A stretch of 64,000 nt of DNA from Eledone cirrhosa (taxonomy: Eukaryota). The notes beneath the pieces were generated by a model. That model had not been told where the DNA came from. It searched no databases and saw nothing but the letters and a program-made list of their open reading frames with translations. Shown here piece after piece: positions 26,167-38,808 of the stretch. The stretch's first letter is position 1; each line of letters starts with the position of its first letter. The translations under genes and the position numbers were made by a program. The stretch covers positions 184,760,001 through 184,824,000 of the forward strand of contig OZ024743.1 of the NCBI GenBank assembly GCA_964016885.1. The letters run 5' to 3'.

Positions 26167-26617
26167 CTGTATGAGATCAAGAAAGTAAGAAATATGATAG
26201 TTAATGGATATAAAGAAGGGGATACATTTGAAAATCTGTTAACTTTTCTTATGAAAAGTTGCTTTAATGCATATGAACTATAAAACAATTATTTAAGTTA
26301 GGTTGATTATTTAATACTTCATATGCGTTGTGGTAGCTTTACATAAGTAAACAGATTTTTCAAATTTTCAAATTTGCCCAATAGCTTCATAAATTATATA
26401 TATTGGAATTTATTAGTATTATTGTAGTGGAAAATGTCAATTTATCCGAGGTAGCTTATTCAACTCTTTAATGATACATGGAAATTTATTTGTGTTATGA
26501 GAGTAGCAACATTTAGTTCGATTTTGAATGAGCTGGTAACAAAATTCAAAGACATGTTAAAGCCACATGGAGAATAAACATTCAAGAAGTACCAACAAAA
26601 AACATACGTTCAACTTT

Positions 26618-28038
26618 CATCATCATCATCATCAACGTTTAACGTCCGTGTTCCACGCTTGCATGGGTTTGGACGGGGGTAGTCCCACTTGAGGCAAGAG
26701 TGATTGTCTTGCTCGCATAGGACTGTCTGGCAGGTTTTCTACAGTTGGATGCCCTTCCTAACACCAACCACATTTACAGTGTGGGTCTGGGAGGTTTTTA
26801 CCGTGTTGCCTACACGGCCACATTACAGCGTGGACTGTGTGTTTTTTTGTCGTGACACCTACACGATCTCATTTGTTTCGGCCCGGATGGCGCGGCACCA
26901 ACATAACTTTACATAGGACGGGGTGGTGTGGATGGGGTGGGGGTGGTGGGACGGGGTGTATTTTGTTAGAGATGCCTACTGGCAAGGCGGGTCTTCTCTG
27001 TTACTGAGTACCGCCAAAGGTCTCGGTCCAGTGACATTGTCTTGGAGAGGTGTAAGTGTGTGAGGTCGGAGTTTATCAGCTCGTCCCAGGTTTTTCTAGG
27101 TCTGCCTATTCCGTGGCTACCGTCTATCTTTATTGCCCTGCACTTTGTTATACAGCTATCGTCCTTCATGCGCATCACGTGTCCATACCAACGTAGCCTT
27201 CTCTCGAGTAAACAACATCTGATCCCTCTTATCTCCAATTTTTTCCTTAGTTCGTTTATGCTTTGCCGTTCACGTATATTACTGTTACACATCCAGCGGA
27301 GCATGCAAGCTTCGTTCCTCTCTAGTCTGCGTATATCCTCTGCACACAATGCCCAGGTCTCACTGCCATGCAACATTGCTGTTCGTATGCAGGCATCGTA
27401 CAACCTGCCTTTCATTTTTAGGGAGAACCCTTTAGCAGCTAATAGTGGTATAAGCTCTCTGAACTTTTTCCAACCAGTTCTGACTCTAGCTACAGTACTT
27501 TCAGAGCACCCTCCCCCACTGCTGATTTTATCGCCCAGGTAACGGAAGCTGTCCACTATTTCTATAGAACCCTCTGCGCAATTGAAAGAGCTAGTATTGT
27601 GTGGGCACTTGCTGCTACTTATTGCACCAGAACACCGGCCACATGTAAAATCTATGTTCTTAGTTAGCTTACCTGTGATCCCACTACATCTTTTATGCAC
27701 CCATACTTTGCATTTAGGACACAAAATGGAGTTTCTACCTACGCCTTTCCTACACACCGAGCACGACCATTTCCCAGAAGGGACCGCCGCCTTGTTTTCT
27801 TTCCTACAAACTAGAACTTTGGTCTTAGCCAGGTTAATTTTAAGTCCTTTTGACTCTAGGCCGTGCTTCCATGTTTGGAATTTCTTCTCTAGCTCGGCCA
27901 TTGATTCCGCTATGAGTGTCAGGTCGTCTGCGTATAGGAGTTCCCATGGGCAGCCTGTCTTGAACTCCTCTGTTATAGCCTGAAGGGCAATAATAAATAG
28001 TAGGGGGCTGAGAACAGAGCCCTGATGGACGCCAACTT
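26618..28038 (-). mobile_element. RTE LINE (subfamily 1), 5'-truncated, open C-terminal ORF with PHD finger
   Basis: ORF 26966-27901 plus upstream QGSVLSPLLF/LLYADD; CSVC..CPKC..HKRC..CGRC; HGSETW; 3'UTR and (GAT)n tail. Confidence 0.93.
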
Positions 28039-28133
28039 TATATATATATATATGAAAATGGCTTTTCTAATAATTATTTTACTCTTTAATGATCAAAAAG
28101 ACAATTAAAGAGTAAAATAATAGTTATTTATAC

Positions 28134-28171
<38 letters not shown>

Positions 28172-29045
28172 GCACACACACACACAAACATGTATTCTAG
28201 AAGGCCTCAAAATGACTGCAAAAATAACATTCTCAGTGACGATAAGTTTTCTGATGATATTTTGAATAAAAGAATTCCTTCTTAGAAATCAAATGAATAT
28301 CAAAATGATGTAGGTGCGTTTTTAAAAAAAAAAAAAAATGTATACAACATGCATTAAAAATTTCATATTAAAAAAAAGCTTATATGATTGAAATGTGAGT
28401 GTTTTTTAACAAATCTCCTTAATGTGAAGTTTTATCAATTTAAAAATAAAAAATATTTCTTCATATTTATAGCAAAATTAACATATCTAGTTAGTGAATG
28501 AGTTAAGATTAGAAACAGATAAAAGAAACTAAGATGGAACCACAACCAATAACATATCATACTGTGTATTTTTCATGTAGATAGGAAAGAAAATTCTGAA
28601 TATGAATTAAATATTTTTTACAAACTAATATCTAACTGCCGGTCATTACTAAAGCCTATGGTGTCCTTGATCCCCAGTCTGTTGTTTTCCTCTTCTAAAT
28701 TGGGATGAGGACATCATGCCTGAGGAAAGAGCCCCCAAAGTGGAATAGTTGGTGCAACAAGTATCACTGGCTGTTCTCCATGGCAATGCTTTCACCATCT
28801 TGTTCAGGCAGGGAGGTAGAGTTTGCCCCCAATCTATTGCTCTCTCTCGCTTTATATATATTTTTTTTTACTTTCTTTTTTCATTATATTATAAATGGAT
28901 TTTGAAAAGTAAACTTAGCAACACTATGTTAGAATAAATGATAGGATTATCACATACCTAAAAATAATAAATGGACAGAAGAGAAATGTTGAAAAAAGTT
29001 AAAGGAAAACAGCCAAAACAGTGATTTCAAAACGTTTGCACTCAC

Positions 29046-29194
29046 GTTCCACTTTCACGGAGTTGTTGAAATCCACTCTGAATATCTTGTTTGAATTCTT
29101 GCAATGGTGTGATACCCAATTTTCTTTTTAATTCTGTTGCTCTGCGTACTTTTGCAGTCAGTACTTGTCGCAAAGTAAGGATCTCTCCATCTAT
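29046..29194 (-). CDS. TPD52: TPD52-family gene exon (IDGEILTLRQVLTAKVRRATELKRKLGITPLQEFKQDIQSGFQQLRESG[T]), phase 0-2
   Basis: tttaatcatttag|ATAGATGGAG...AGTGGAAC|gtgagt; matches the D52 coiled-coil motif VEEEIQTLSQVLAAKEKHLAEIKRKLGI. Confidence 0.95.
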
Positions 29195-30260
29195 CTAAAT
29201 GATTAAAAGAAAAACAAAACAATTCATAATTAATTGTGCAAAATTTTATAGTTGTCATTATGGTTCACCCTTATGCAGGTTTAGCTGGCCTCCTATGAAG
29301 TAGCATCTTAAAGTAGGTTTCTTGGGTGTTTTAATTATATGAACCTCAATGATATTATGAAAACACCACCCCCTGGACTGGATGCCAGCTTGTTATAGAA
29401 CTTAACCCCTAGATGTTACTGGTACTATTTTTGCTTCAGCTGAGTGGACTGGAGTGACATGAAATGAAGTGTCTTTTATTCTAAATATGTAATTGATTTT
29501 GTTATATTTTAATCTTTAATATACGTTTTTTGGTGTGACCATATCATGAATGAAGAGGTCATGGAAAGTCCTATTAATCACTAAAACTGCAGAAGATGCT
29601 CAGCCAAATACAATGCATGTCCAAGAAGAAACCAGTGAGAACTTCTTTCAAGTGAAAGTCAGAAAAGGAAGAGGCATAGGAAGTGATGCAGACCTGTCAA
29701 GACTTACTAGAAGAATATGGAGGAAGACCTAGCAGACATGGGCCTGGTCTAAGAACAGGCTCATGACAGGACTTGCAACCAAGAGAGTTCTCGTTGTCTG
29801 ATGCTTTACAAAGATCAGAAGGAACTAACTAACTAGATATATTTATTTCAAAGGTCAATGAACTAAAATTTAATTAATGCAACCAATAAAAGTTTACAAT
29901 AGATGTTGTTGTCTATAAATAAAGCAATGAATCAAAGGTCAACAGCACTGTATTTATTTCATAAACAGAGAAGTATTAACTGAGAAATTAGTATGTTTTG
30001 TGAACCCTTTCATCACCATATTTCAAATGGAAGAGACATTCTGTGATTTTCAATTAATTTTGAAAATAATCAGTTTTGGTGGATAGTAACTATCATTTTC
30101 ATTATTAAGCTGGTATTTGGAGAATAATATCACATTTTAACATAAAATTATGATGGAAGGTTTAAATTTAAATATAAACATCTTAAAACAAATGGCTTTG
30201 TATCTTGGAACTGGGTGTGGCTTCAGGCAGTTTGGTATGAGAAACATTTATGAAGCTTAC

Positions 30261-30394
30261 CTTGCTTAGTTCTTCTTGCCATTCCTTTTCTTGGCGTTCT
30301 TTATCAACTGGATCTTGGTAGACTGGAGATTCAGGGTCCCCTGATGTCACTGCATCATAAGCAGGGGGACTCAAAGGATCATAGTAATTATCCC
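30261..30394 (-). CDS. TPD52: TPD52-family gene exon (DNYYDPLSPPAYDAVTSGDPESPVYQDPVDKERQEKEWQEELSK), phase 1-0
   Basis: tttttctccttgtacag|GGGATAAT...CTAAGCAAG|gtaagc; ends like D52 exon 2 (EELRRELAK). It needs an upstream phase-1 exon, which I did not find. Confidence 0.9.
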
Positions 30395-30531
30395 CTGTAC
30401 AAGGAGAAAAAAAGGAGAAAAAGAAGGAAAATTAGAGATCATTTCTAAGTGTAGCATAAATCTCATTGCTATACAGTGGGCCTTGCAATTTATGTAATTT
30501 TGAGCATAACAATTTCTTCAAAGCTGTTATT

Positions 30532-30571
<40 letters not shown>

Positions 30572-31689
30572 TGTTAACTAATAACAACAAACATTTACTG
30601 ATGTGGCACTCAATACTAGTAGTAGAGTCAAATATATAGTTAAATTATATATCTTGTGTTGAATGGAACAACTTTGTGTCTTATTTAACCCAGTGAATAA
30701 GGCACAAACATGAAGCTTGGAGTTCCAGTCAACCTAAAGAACATGCATTGAGTATTACCCTGATTTGTGATCTTCCTGGTCTCTGAACCATGAACACTTC
30801 ATATATATGGATACACACACAATTATATATATCAAATCATCATTACAAAATAAAAAAAATAAAAAAAATATTGGAAAAGACAAAAAAAAAAATTGCACAA
30901 AATATTTTTTCATAATATTAAACACTTCAAAGGAAATAATCTTTTTGTATACAGCATGGCCTCAGCCGGATGGCTGGAACAGGTAAAAGAGTAAAAGAGA
31001 TTATCCAAAAACATAGTTTTGTTGATTTGTTTTTACGAGTTGAGGAAAAATCACACACAGGACATGAAATATTTGGTGTAATGCCAAAAATAAACCAACA
31101 ACAAAAAGAAAAAGAAAAACAAAAACAAAAATAAACAAGAAAATGTAAAATAAACATTAAATTTAGCAGTGAATAATACAAGTATATTTTAATTAATATT
31201 GCTTGGAACAAATCCATGAAGTTATGAAGATATAAATATCTAAAGTGATGACAAATTAATCCTGTATGATGTAGCGTGTATTAACACCACAATAATTTTA
31301 CGGCCATTTTCCTTTCTAAAGTAGGTTAGCCATGCAAGCCCTCTGACAAGGAATTATTTTAGAGGAAATGCTTTACAGCTGGATGCCCTTCCTAGTGCTA
31401 ACCCTTTTAACCACCTCTCTTATGTCATTTGGAGATACATTGTATCTATTCTAAACCACATGTACATACTGCATATCAATTTAAACTATATTTTACAAGT
31501 CATGTAGCTTTAAAAATATAAATAACCCAAAGTCATTGAAAATATATACATTATAAATTATCTCAACAAAACTTGATCTTACTGATGCAAAATCACTTGA
31601 AACAACCCTGGGTTCCATGATACAAAATTGTTTATATTTATCTAAAGAAAACTTTCATCATAACTTTATGTAAGATTTCAAACACCAAC

Positions 31690-31895
31690 TAATAATTGTT
31701 TACAACTTTAGGCATAAGGCCAGTAATTTGTAGGGAGGAGAAAATTGATGAAACTGACTGCAGTTCTTAACTGGTACTTTATTTTATTGAACTCAGAAGG
31801 ATGAAAACCAAATCTGATCTTGGTAGGATTTGAAATTAGAATACAAAGAGCAGCAACTTACTACAAGGCATTTTGTCCAATGCTCTAACAATTCT
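31690..31895 (-). mobile_element. SINE family A nested inside a MITE copy
   Basis: The SINE body interrupts MITE sequence between ...aaacacca and ...gcttaatgaga. Confidence 0.6.
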
Positions 31896-32544
31896 AAACT
31901 AGCTTAATGAGAACATCCCACCAAATTCTTAAGCATTTAAAAATCATTTCAATGTCATAGTCAGTGAATTTTATAAGGAACATGATAACAAAAGTGTTAA
32001 CTTTCATTAAGATCCAAATATGTCATTTAAAATTCATGCTTTTGTTCTAAAGCCTGTCACATTAAAAGATTTCAAAGCTTGAAATAATGAACATCAAGAG
32101 ATCCAAATGTTACTTCGATCCCAAGTTTTATATCCACTTAAGTAGAATTCATCATCATCACTTTATATCTGTGTTCCATACCAGCATGGTTGAACGGGCC
32201 ATCAGTTTCCACAGCTGGATGCTCTTCTACTTTAAAGAGTGTAATGGGTGCATTTTATTGTGGTGCCAACCTTAGAGAGGTTGTTGTGTGCTTGACAAGA
32301 CTGAAGAGTTTTCACTACCTTTTATTATATCTTAGTGATTCTAAAGAGATAAAAATAGTAATGGGTAGATGATGTTATAAGATGCTGGGCAACCTACGGA
32401 AGGCTCATCAGTTTGTATTCCATCAGTGATATTATGTTATATCCATGGCAAATATATATATACATATATATATGTATATATATATATATATGTATATACA
32501 TATATATGTATATATATATATATGTATATACATATATACTTATT

Positions 32545-33070
32545 GTATATACATATATACATATTGAATATACATATATACATATTGTATATACATATAT
32601 ACATATTGTATATACATATATACATATTGTATATACATATATACATATTGTATATACATATATACATATTGTATATACATATATACATATTGTATATACA
32701 TATATACATATTGTATATACATATATACATATTGTATATACATATATACATATTGTATATACATATATACAAATTGTATATACATATATACATATTGTAT
32801 ATACATATATACATATTGTATATACATATATACATATTGTATATACATATATACATATTGTATATACATATATACATATTGTATATACATATATACATAT
32901 TGTATATACATATTGTATATACATATATACATATTGTATATACATATATACATATTGTATATACATATATACATATTGTATATACATATATACATATTGT
33001 ATATACATATATACATATTGTATATACATATATACATATTGTATATACATATATACATATTGTATATACA
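32545..33070. repeat. 21-bp minisatellite (CATATTGTATATACATATATA)n
   Basis: Regular 21-nt period giving HIVYTYI repeats. Resumes at 33280-33330 and 34215-34490, with a longer-unit variant at 38470-38800. Confidence 0.92.
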
Positions 33071-33072
33071 AG

Positions 33073-33132
33073 TATAATGAAATGACAGGAGGCTGGATTT
33101 GTGTAAATCCAGCCTCCTGTCATTTCATTATA
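33073..33132. repeat. Perfect 28-bp inverted repeat (hairpin, 4-nt loop)
   Basis: tataatgaaatgacaggaggctggattt-gtgt-aaatccagcctcctgtcatttcattata. Confidence 0.95.
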
Positions 33133-33332
33133 ATATTTAACTCCGTAATAGCACCACCAACTACAAAAACAAAGACGGTTGAACTGCTTTACGTTGAGTA
33201 CTCTCTATATTATTGCATTACGATTGACCATACGGAATAGACCAGCTCTATACAGTGGTGAACCTCAAACCTGAATAAATATTGTATATACATATATACA
33301 TATTGTATATACATATATATACATATTGTATA

Positions 33333-34204
33333 TCATCATCATCATCATCACCGTTTTACGTCCGTTCTTCCACGCTAGCATGGGTTAGACGGGTTGTCCT
33401 GTTGTGGGCAGTGTCTGGTCGGCTGACCATGCCTTGCTCATACAGGAACTGATTTGGCTTGATTTCTACAGCTGGATGCCCTTCCTAACACCAACCTCAT
33501 TTACAGTGAGTGCTGGGTGCTTTTTCGTGGCGCCTACACATCTACTTTACAGTGTGGGCTGGGTGCTTTTTTGCCGTGGCACCTCCACGACCACCTTGCG
33601 GTGGGGGGAGTGGGGGCATATTGTTTATATGCTTCAGCATGTACCCATGGGAGGTCGGGTACCCTGTATTACTGCGTGACGCCAGAAGTCACGGTCGTGT
33701 GTCATTGTCTTTGAGAGGTGTAGTTGGGTAAGGTCGGCTTTTATCACCTCATCCCAAGTCATCTTGGGTCTCCCCACTCCGCGGTTTCCATCAACTTCTA
33801 GTGCTCTGCACCTTTTTATGCAGCTGTCATCCTTCATACGCATCACATGTCCATACCAGCATAACCGCCTCTCCTGCACGCAGCATTTGATTCCTCTTAT
33901 GCTCAGTCTCTCTCTCAATTCCTTTATGCTTTGTCGTTCACGTATATTACTGTTACACATCCATCGGAGCATGCAGGCTTCGTTTCTCTCTAATCTACGT
34001 AAGTCTTCCACCTTCAGCGCCCAGGTCTCACTACCATGCAACATCGCTGTTCGGATACACGCATCATACAGTCTGCCTTTCATTCTGAGGGAGAAGCCTT
34101 TTGCAGCTAGCAGTGGCAGTAGTTCCCTAAACTTCTTCCATCCCGTTCTTACCCTAGTTATTGTACTTTCTGAGCACCCACCTCCGTTGCTAATTCGGTC
34201 ACCG
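33333..34204 (-). mobile_element. RTE LINE (subfamily 2) 3' fragment
   Basis: ORF 33634-34083 (KGRLYDACIRTAMLHGSETW...); nearly identical to 49591-50450; (GAT)n tail. Confidence 0.92.
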
Positions 34205-34558
34205 AATATATATATATATCACATCACATATATATACATATTGTATATACATATATATACATATTGTATATACATATATATACATATTGTATATACATAT
34301 ATACATATTGTATATACATATATACATATTGTATATACATATATATACATATTGTATATACATATATATACATATTGTATATACATATATATACATATTG
34401 TATATACATATATATACATATTGTATATACATATATACATATTGTATATACATATATACATATTGTATATACATATATATATTGTATATGTATATACGAT
34501 TCCGAGATGACTATATGTATATACAATATATATATATGTGTGTGTGTGTTTATGTGTG

Positions 34559-34591
<33 letters not shown>

Positions 34592-34789
34592 ATGTGTGTG
34601 TGTATGTGTGTGTATGTGTGTGTGTGTATGTGTGTGTATATGTGTGTATGTGTGTGTGTGCGTGCGTGTACAATATATATATATATATATATCTATATAC
34701 TATGCATATATATATGTATATACAATATATATATATGTATATACAATATATATATGTATGTATATACAATATGTATATATAAGTATTGA

Positions 34790-37700
34790 AGTTTCCGTTG
34801 AAAATTGAAAAAGTCATAGGAGTGAAGAGTGCTCTATGTAAGTACCAGAGCTAAATTTAATGTATAATAAACAACACAATATAATTACCTCATTACCAGA
34901 GGTTTCCCGAATAAGACGAATACAAGGAACGTCCTCATTCGTTCGTCGGGCAAGGCAATTTAAAACAGTGAAATATTTGAAAAATCTCAAGAAAGGCAAA
35001 AGTTTAACGGGCAAAAAAATATATAAATAAAAGTGATACAAGAGATATCATCATCATCATCATCATCATCACTTAACGTCCATCTTCCATGCTAGCATGG
35101 GTTTGGACGGGAATTTTCCCACTTGAGGCAAGATATAAAAATAAAATAAGGAAATATAGTTAGGGTATGTGTATAAATGTGTGTATATTCACTCACAAAT
35201 GTACATGTGTGTATGTACAAATGTATGTGTATAGTGAAAAAATGTGTGCGTAAGTACATATATGAGGGCAAGCATATCAGTGTATGTGTGACCACAAATA
35301 CGTATATATGTTGAAAAAAAAATTGTAAGATAATAGAGTTAACATACATCCAGACTCAGGTACTAAGAATTGAAATATATACACATACAAGTATGAAAGC
35401 ACGCGTATAAACACACACACACACACACGTGCTCGCGCAACCACATACATGCGAGTGATATATACAGGGAAGGGAGTGTATCAGTCAAAGCAGTGTCAGG
35501 CTGAAGATCGATGCATATATAAAAATGAAAAATATATGAGAATAAAAAAAATTAAATCAAAGAGAAAGTAAGAGGGAGGGGTTATCAATTATAAAGTAAC
35601 ACTAGAAAAAATAGAAAACATACATAGGTTCGTACGTACACATATATATATAAATATATATATAAATACATACAGAGAAAATCACATACATGCGTACACA
35701 CATACAAAGGCGCGCATACATACACACGAAGCACATACATATATATATATATATACGTACATGTACATCTAATCACACGCACGCACGTGACTATATATAT
35801 ATATATATACATACACATATCATCATCATCATCGTTTAACGTCCATGTTCCACATATATACATATACACACCCACATATATATATATATAAAAGTATGTA
35901 AAAAACAGATAAAAACACACATGTGCACATACGAATGCATTCGTATACATATACAAACACGCATACACACACACACATGCATGCTCACACGCATAGATAC
36001 AATATAAAAACCAGCCTTATGAATAAATGAGTACAAATTATACGCAAGTAAATATACATAAAAGCGGCTGAGAGACAACAGAATATATCTGGAGTTGAAA
36101 ACGCAAGTGACATGTGATATCAGGTAGTGAAAGAAAATGGGGAAGTAAATATGTAAAATTGTGAAGATATAAAGTACGTGAATCAAAAAGGAGGGGGTGG
36201 GGTCACTGGCGGATGTGAAGTAAAAATAAAGTTAAAAATAAAAATAAAAGTAAATCAGAAAGAGAAGTCTGTAAAGAGGGTAATTTAAGGAAAGAGAAGA
36301 ACAAGAGTTTATGGAGGATAAGTATCTGAAAGTGAGTTAAGTTTATATGAGCTGGAAAGCAAGGGTGATTTCATGCGTGGGCAACTGGTGAAAATTTCTG
36401 TTTTTGCATTTAGGCAGGTTTTTGGTGATTTAAGGTTCTGAAAAATCCAATATTTTTCACTTATGCAGAGTGCGCATCTTCTTGTTCCTCTTGCATATTC
36501 TTTAGATTGGTTCAAAATTGACCAATCTAATTTATATTGGATACCTTGGTCTTTCAAATCCCATATTCTGCTAGCCAGAGCTGTTGTAAATCTTTTTTCT
36601 GGATGTCAGAAAGATGCGACATGTGAGTAATAACGCATTTTGAATTTGTCTTGTGTCATACCCACATATCGTTCGCTGGTTGCTGGTAGGTTGTTGCTGG
36701 TGGTTGTCACTTTAGCCGCATATACAATGGCTTTGGTGTTGCATTTACCTTGTAATGGGCATTCACTATTGACTCTACAGGAACAATTTTGATGTTCTCT
36801 GGGTATTTTCTTATTGAGGATATAAGATTTAATAGGGGGACCACAGGAGTAGCTGATTTTGACACAGTTTCTATTGAAGATCTTATAGTATCTATGTGTT
36901 CTAGGGAAATGTTTATCTAAGAGCTCTAGGAATATTTTGCCTACATTAGTTTTAACTGCTAAAGAGTAGGGGGGTGTGAACCAGATTATTTTTCTTTTCC
37001 TATTATTATGTTTAAAGGAGTTAGTATTGTTGGGTATGTACTTAATCGGTTCGCTAAATCCGCTATTTTGAAGGGCTTTATTATAGTAGGGTGATGCCTT
37101 ATTGAAAATAGCTTCTGAGGAAGAGAGGGTGGAGATCCTATGGCTAATATTAGGGATAAGATTTTTAAAAACTATAGGAGGATGGCAAGAGCCTTTACTT
37201 ATATATTTTAAATTTTCATTAGGTTTATGGTACGGTTTTTAAGAAGCAATAGGCAGATCTAGGTTTATATCTAGAAAATTAACATTGGAAAGGTTAGTGT
37301 CAATAGTAATTTTAAGAAAAACTAGCAAAGGTTTTTATTAAGTCTTTCCTTAATCTATCTAAGTTATGGCCTATAGTGGTATGGGAAAGTATTAGACCAT
37401 CGCCGCGATAAAGCCCAAAGGTATGGTTAGGGAATTTCTCTTTAAGTGTGTGTAGGAGGAATAGGCCGACTAAATCACACACATCAGCACTGTCAAAAGA
37501 ACCCATTGAGACATCGAATGGGTTCTCTGGGTTAGATATTTTTACCCAAGTGTCATTATTAGTAAATAGTAAAGTGCTTCTAGCATGTTAAATGACATTC
37601 TCTTCAATATCAGAAATATTGATAAACTTTCTAGCGAAATTTAAGGCTTTCGTTAAAAGAGGGTGAGTAATAGACGGGTAGAAGTCTACAATGTCAAATT

Positions 37701-38447
37701 GGGTGAATCTAGAACTACTTTTATCTTTAATATTATTAAACCAATGTACTACGGAAGAGCTATTTATCCATTGGAGTAATTCAGACTTCTAATATGTTTT
37801 TTATATTATTTAATATTTTTTTTGCTAGCAAGACCGGTTTCTGTCTTAGCAGGGTTGATTAATCTACAACTAGGACGATTAATAAAATCAGGTTTGTGAT
37901 CTTTGAGGGTGATATAGGCATTACGTTTAGCAAGTTTTTCTGTTCTATTGTCTATTTTTAAAAAACTAGCTAATTCTTTAGCTTCCTTATTTATAGTATT
38001 ATAGGTGTTTATATTTGGTATTTAGAGGTGATGTTATCTGATGTCTCTTAACAGACAACATCACCTCTAAATACCAAATAGCTGATATATTTGTGGTCAC
38101 ACATACACTGATATGCTTGCCCTCATATATGTACTTACGCACACATTTTTTCACTATACACATACATTTGTACATACACATATGTACATTTGTGAGTGAA
38201 TATACACACATTTATACACATACCCTAACTATATTTCCTTATTTTATTTTGATATATCTCTTGCATTACTTTTATTTATATATTTTTTTGCCCGTTAAAC
38301 TTTTGCCTTTCTTGAGGAGATTTTTCAAATATTTCACTATGTTTTAAATTGCCTTGCCTGACGAACGAATGAGGATGTTTCTTGTATTCGTCTTATTTGG
38401 GAAACCTCTGGTAATGAGGTAATTATATTGTATTGTTTATTATACAT
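34790..38447 (-). mobile_element. Penelope-like element with disrupted RT + C-terminal GIY-YIG ORF and inverted pseudo-LTRs
   Basis: Minus strand 36309-38000 gives RLINPAK, QFDIVDFYPSI, DVSMGSFDSADVCDLVGLFLL, GLYRGDGL, IIWFTPPYS, CSCR..CPLQGKC, IVY...YVG and CALCISEK. Segment ~34860-35310 is the reverse complement of ~38087-38447. Confidence 0.9.
35048..35130 (-). mobile_element. ~80-bp RTE 3'-tail insertion inside the left pseudo-LTR of the PLE
   Basis: (CAT)n+cacttaacgtccatcttccatgctagcatggg...cacttgaggca; absent from the right pLTR copy; flanked by agatat. Confidence 0.75.
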
Positions 38448-38808
38448 TATATGTATATATATATATATAATGTATATACATATATATATATATTGTATAT
38501 ACATACATATATATATTGTATATACATACATATATATATTGTATATACATACATATATATATTGTATATACATACATACATATATTGTATATACATACAT
38601 ACATATATATATTGTATATACATACATACATATATATATTGTATATACATACATATATATATTGTATATACATACATATATATATTGTATATACATACAT
38701 ATATATATTGTATATACATACATATATATATTGTATATACATACATATATATATATTGTATATACATACATACAGATATTGTATATACATATACATACAT
38801 ATATATAT

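Noticed and set aside
27042-27983. Plus-strand ORFs antisense to RTE (also 47265-48410, 50067-50927)
   Set aside because: Shadow ORFs of the LINE coding strand with no independent evidence.
32394-33240. Repetitive ORFs (HIVYTYI)n / (MYIQYVY)n and a CRISPR-like periodic look
   Set aside because: Head-to-tail 21-bp minisatellite with no unique spacers; eukaryotic context.
38516-38808. N-terminal extension of the 646-aa ORF
   Set aside because: Minisatellite read-through fused to a 5'-truncated LINE.
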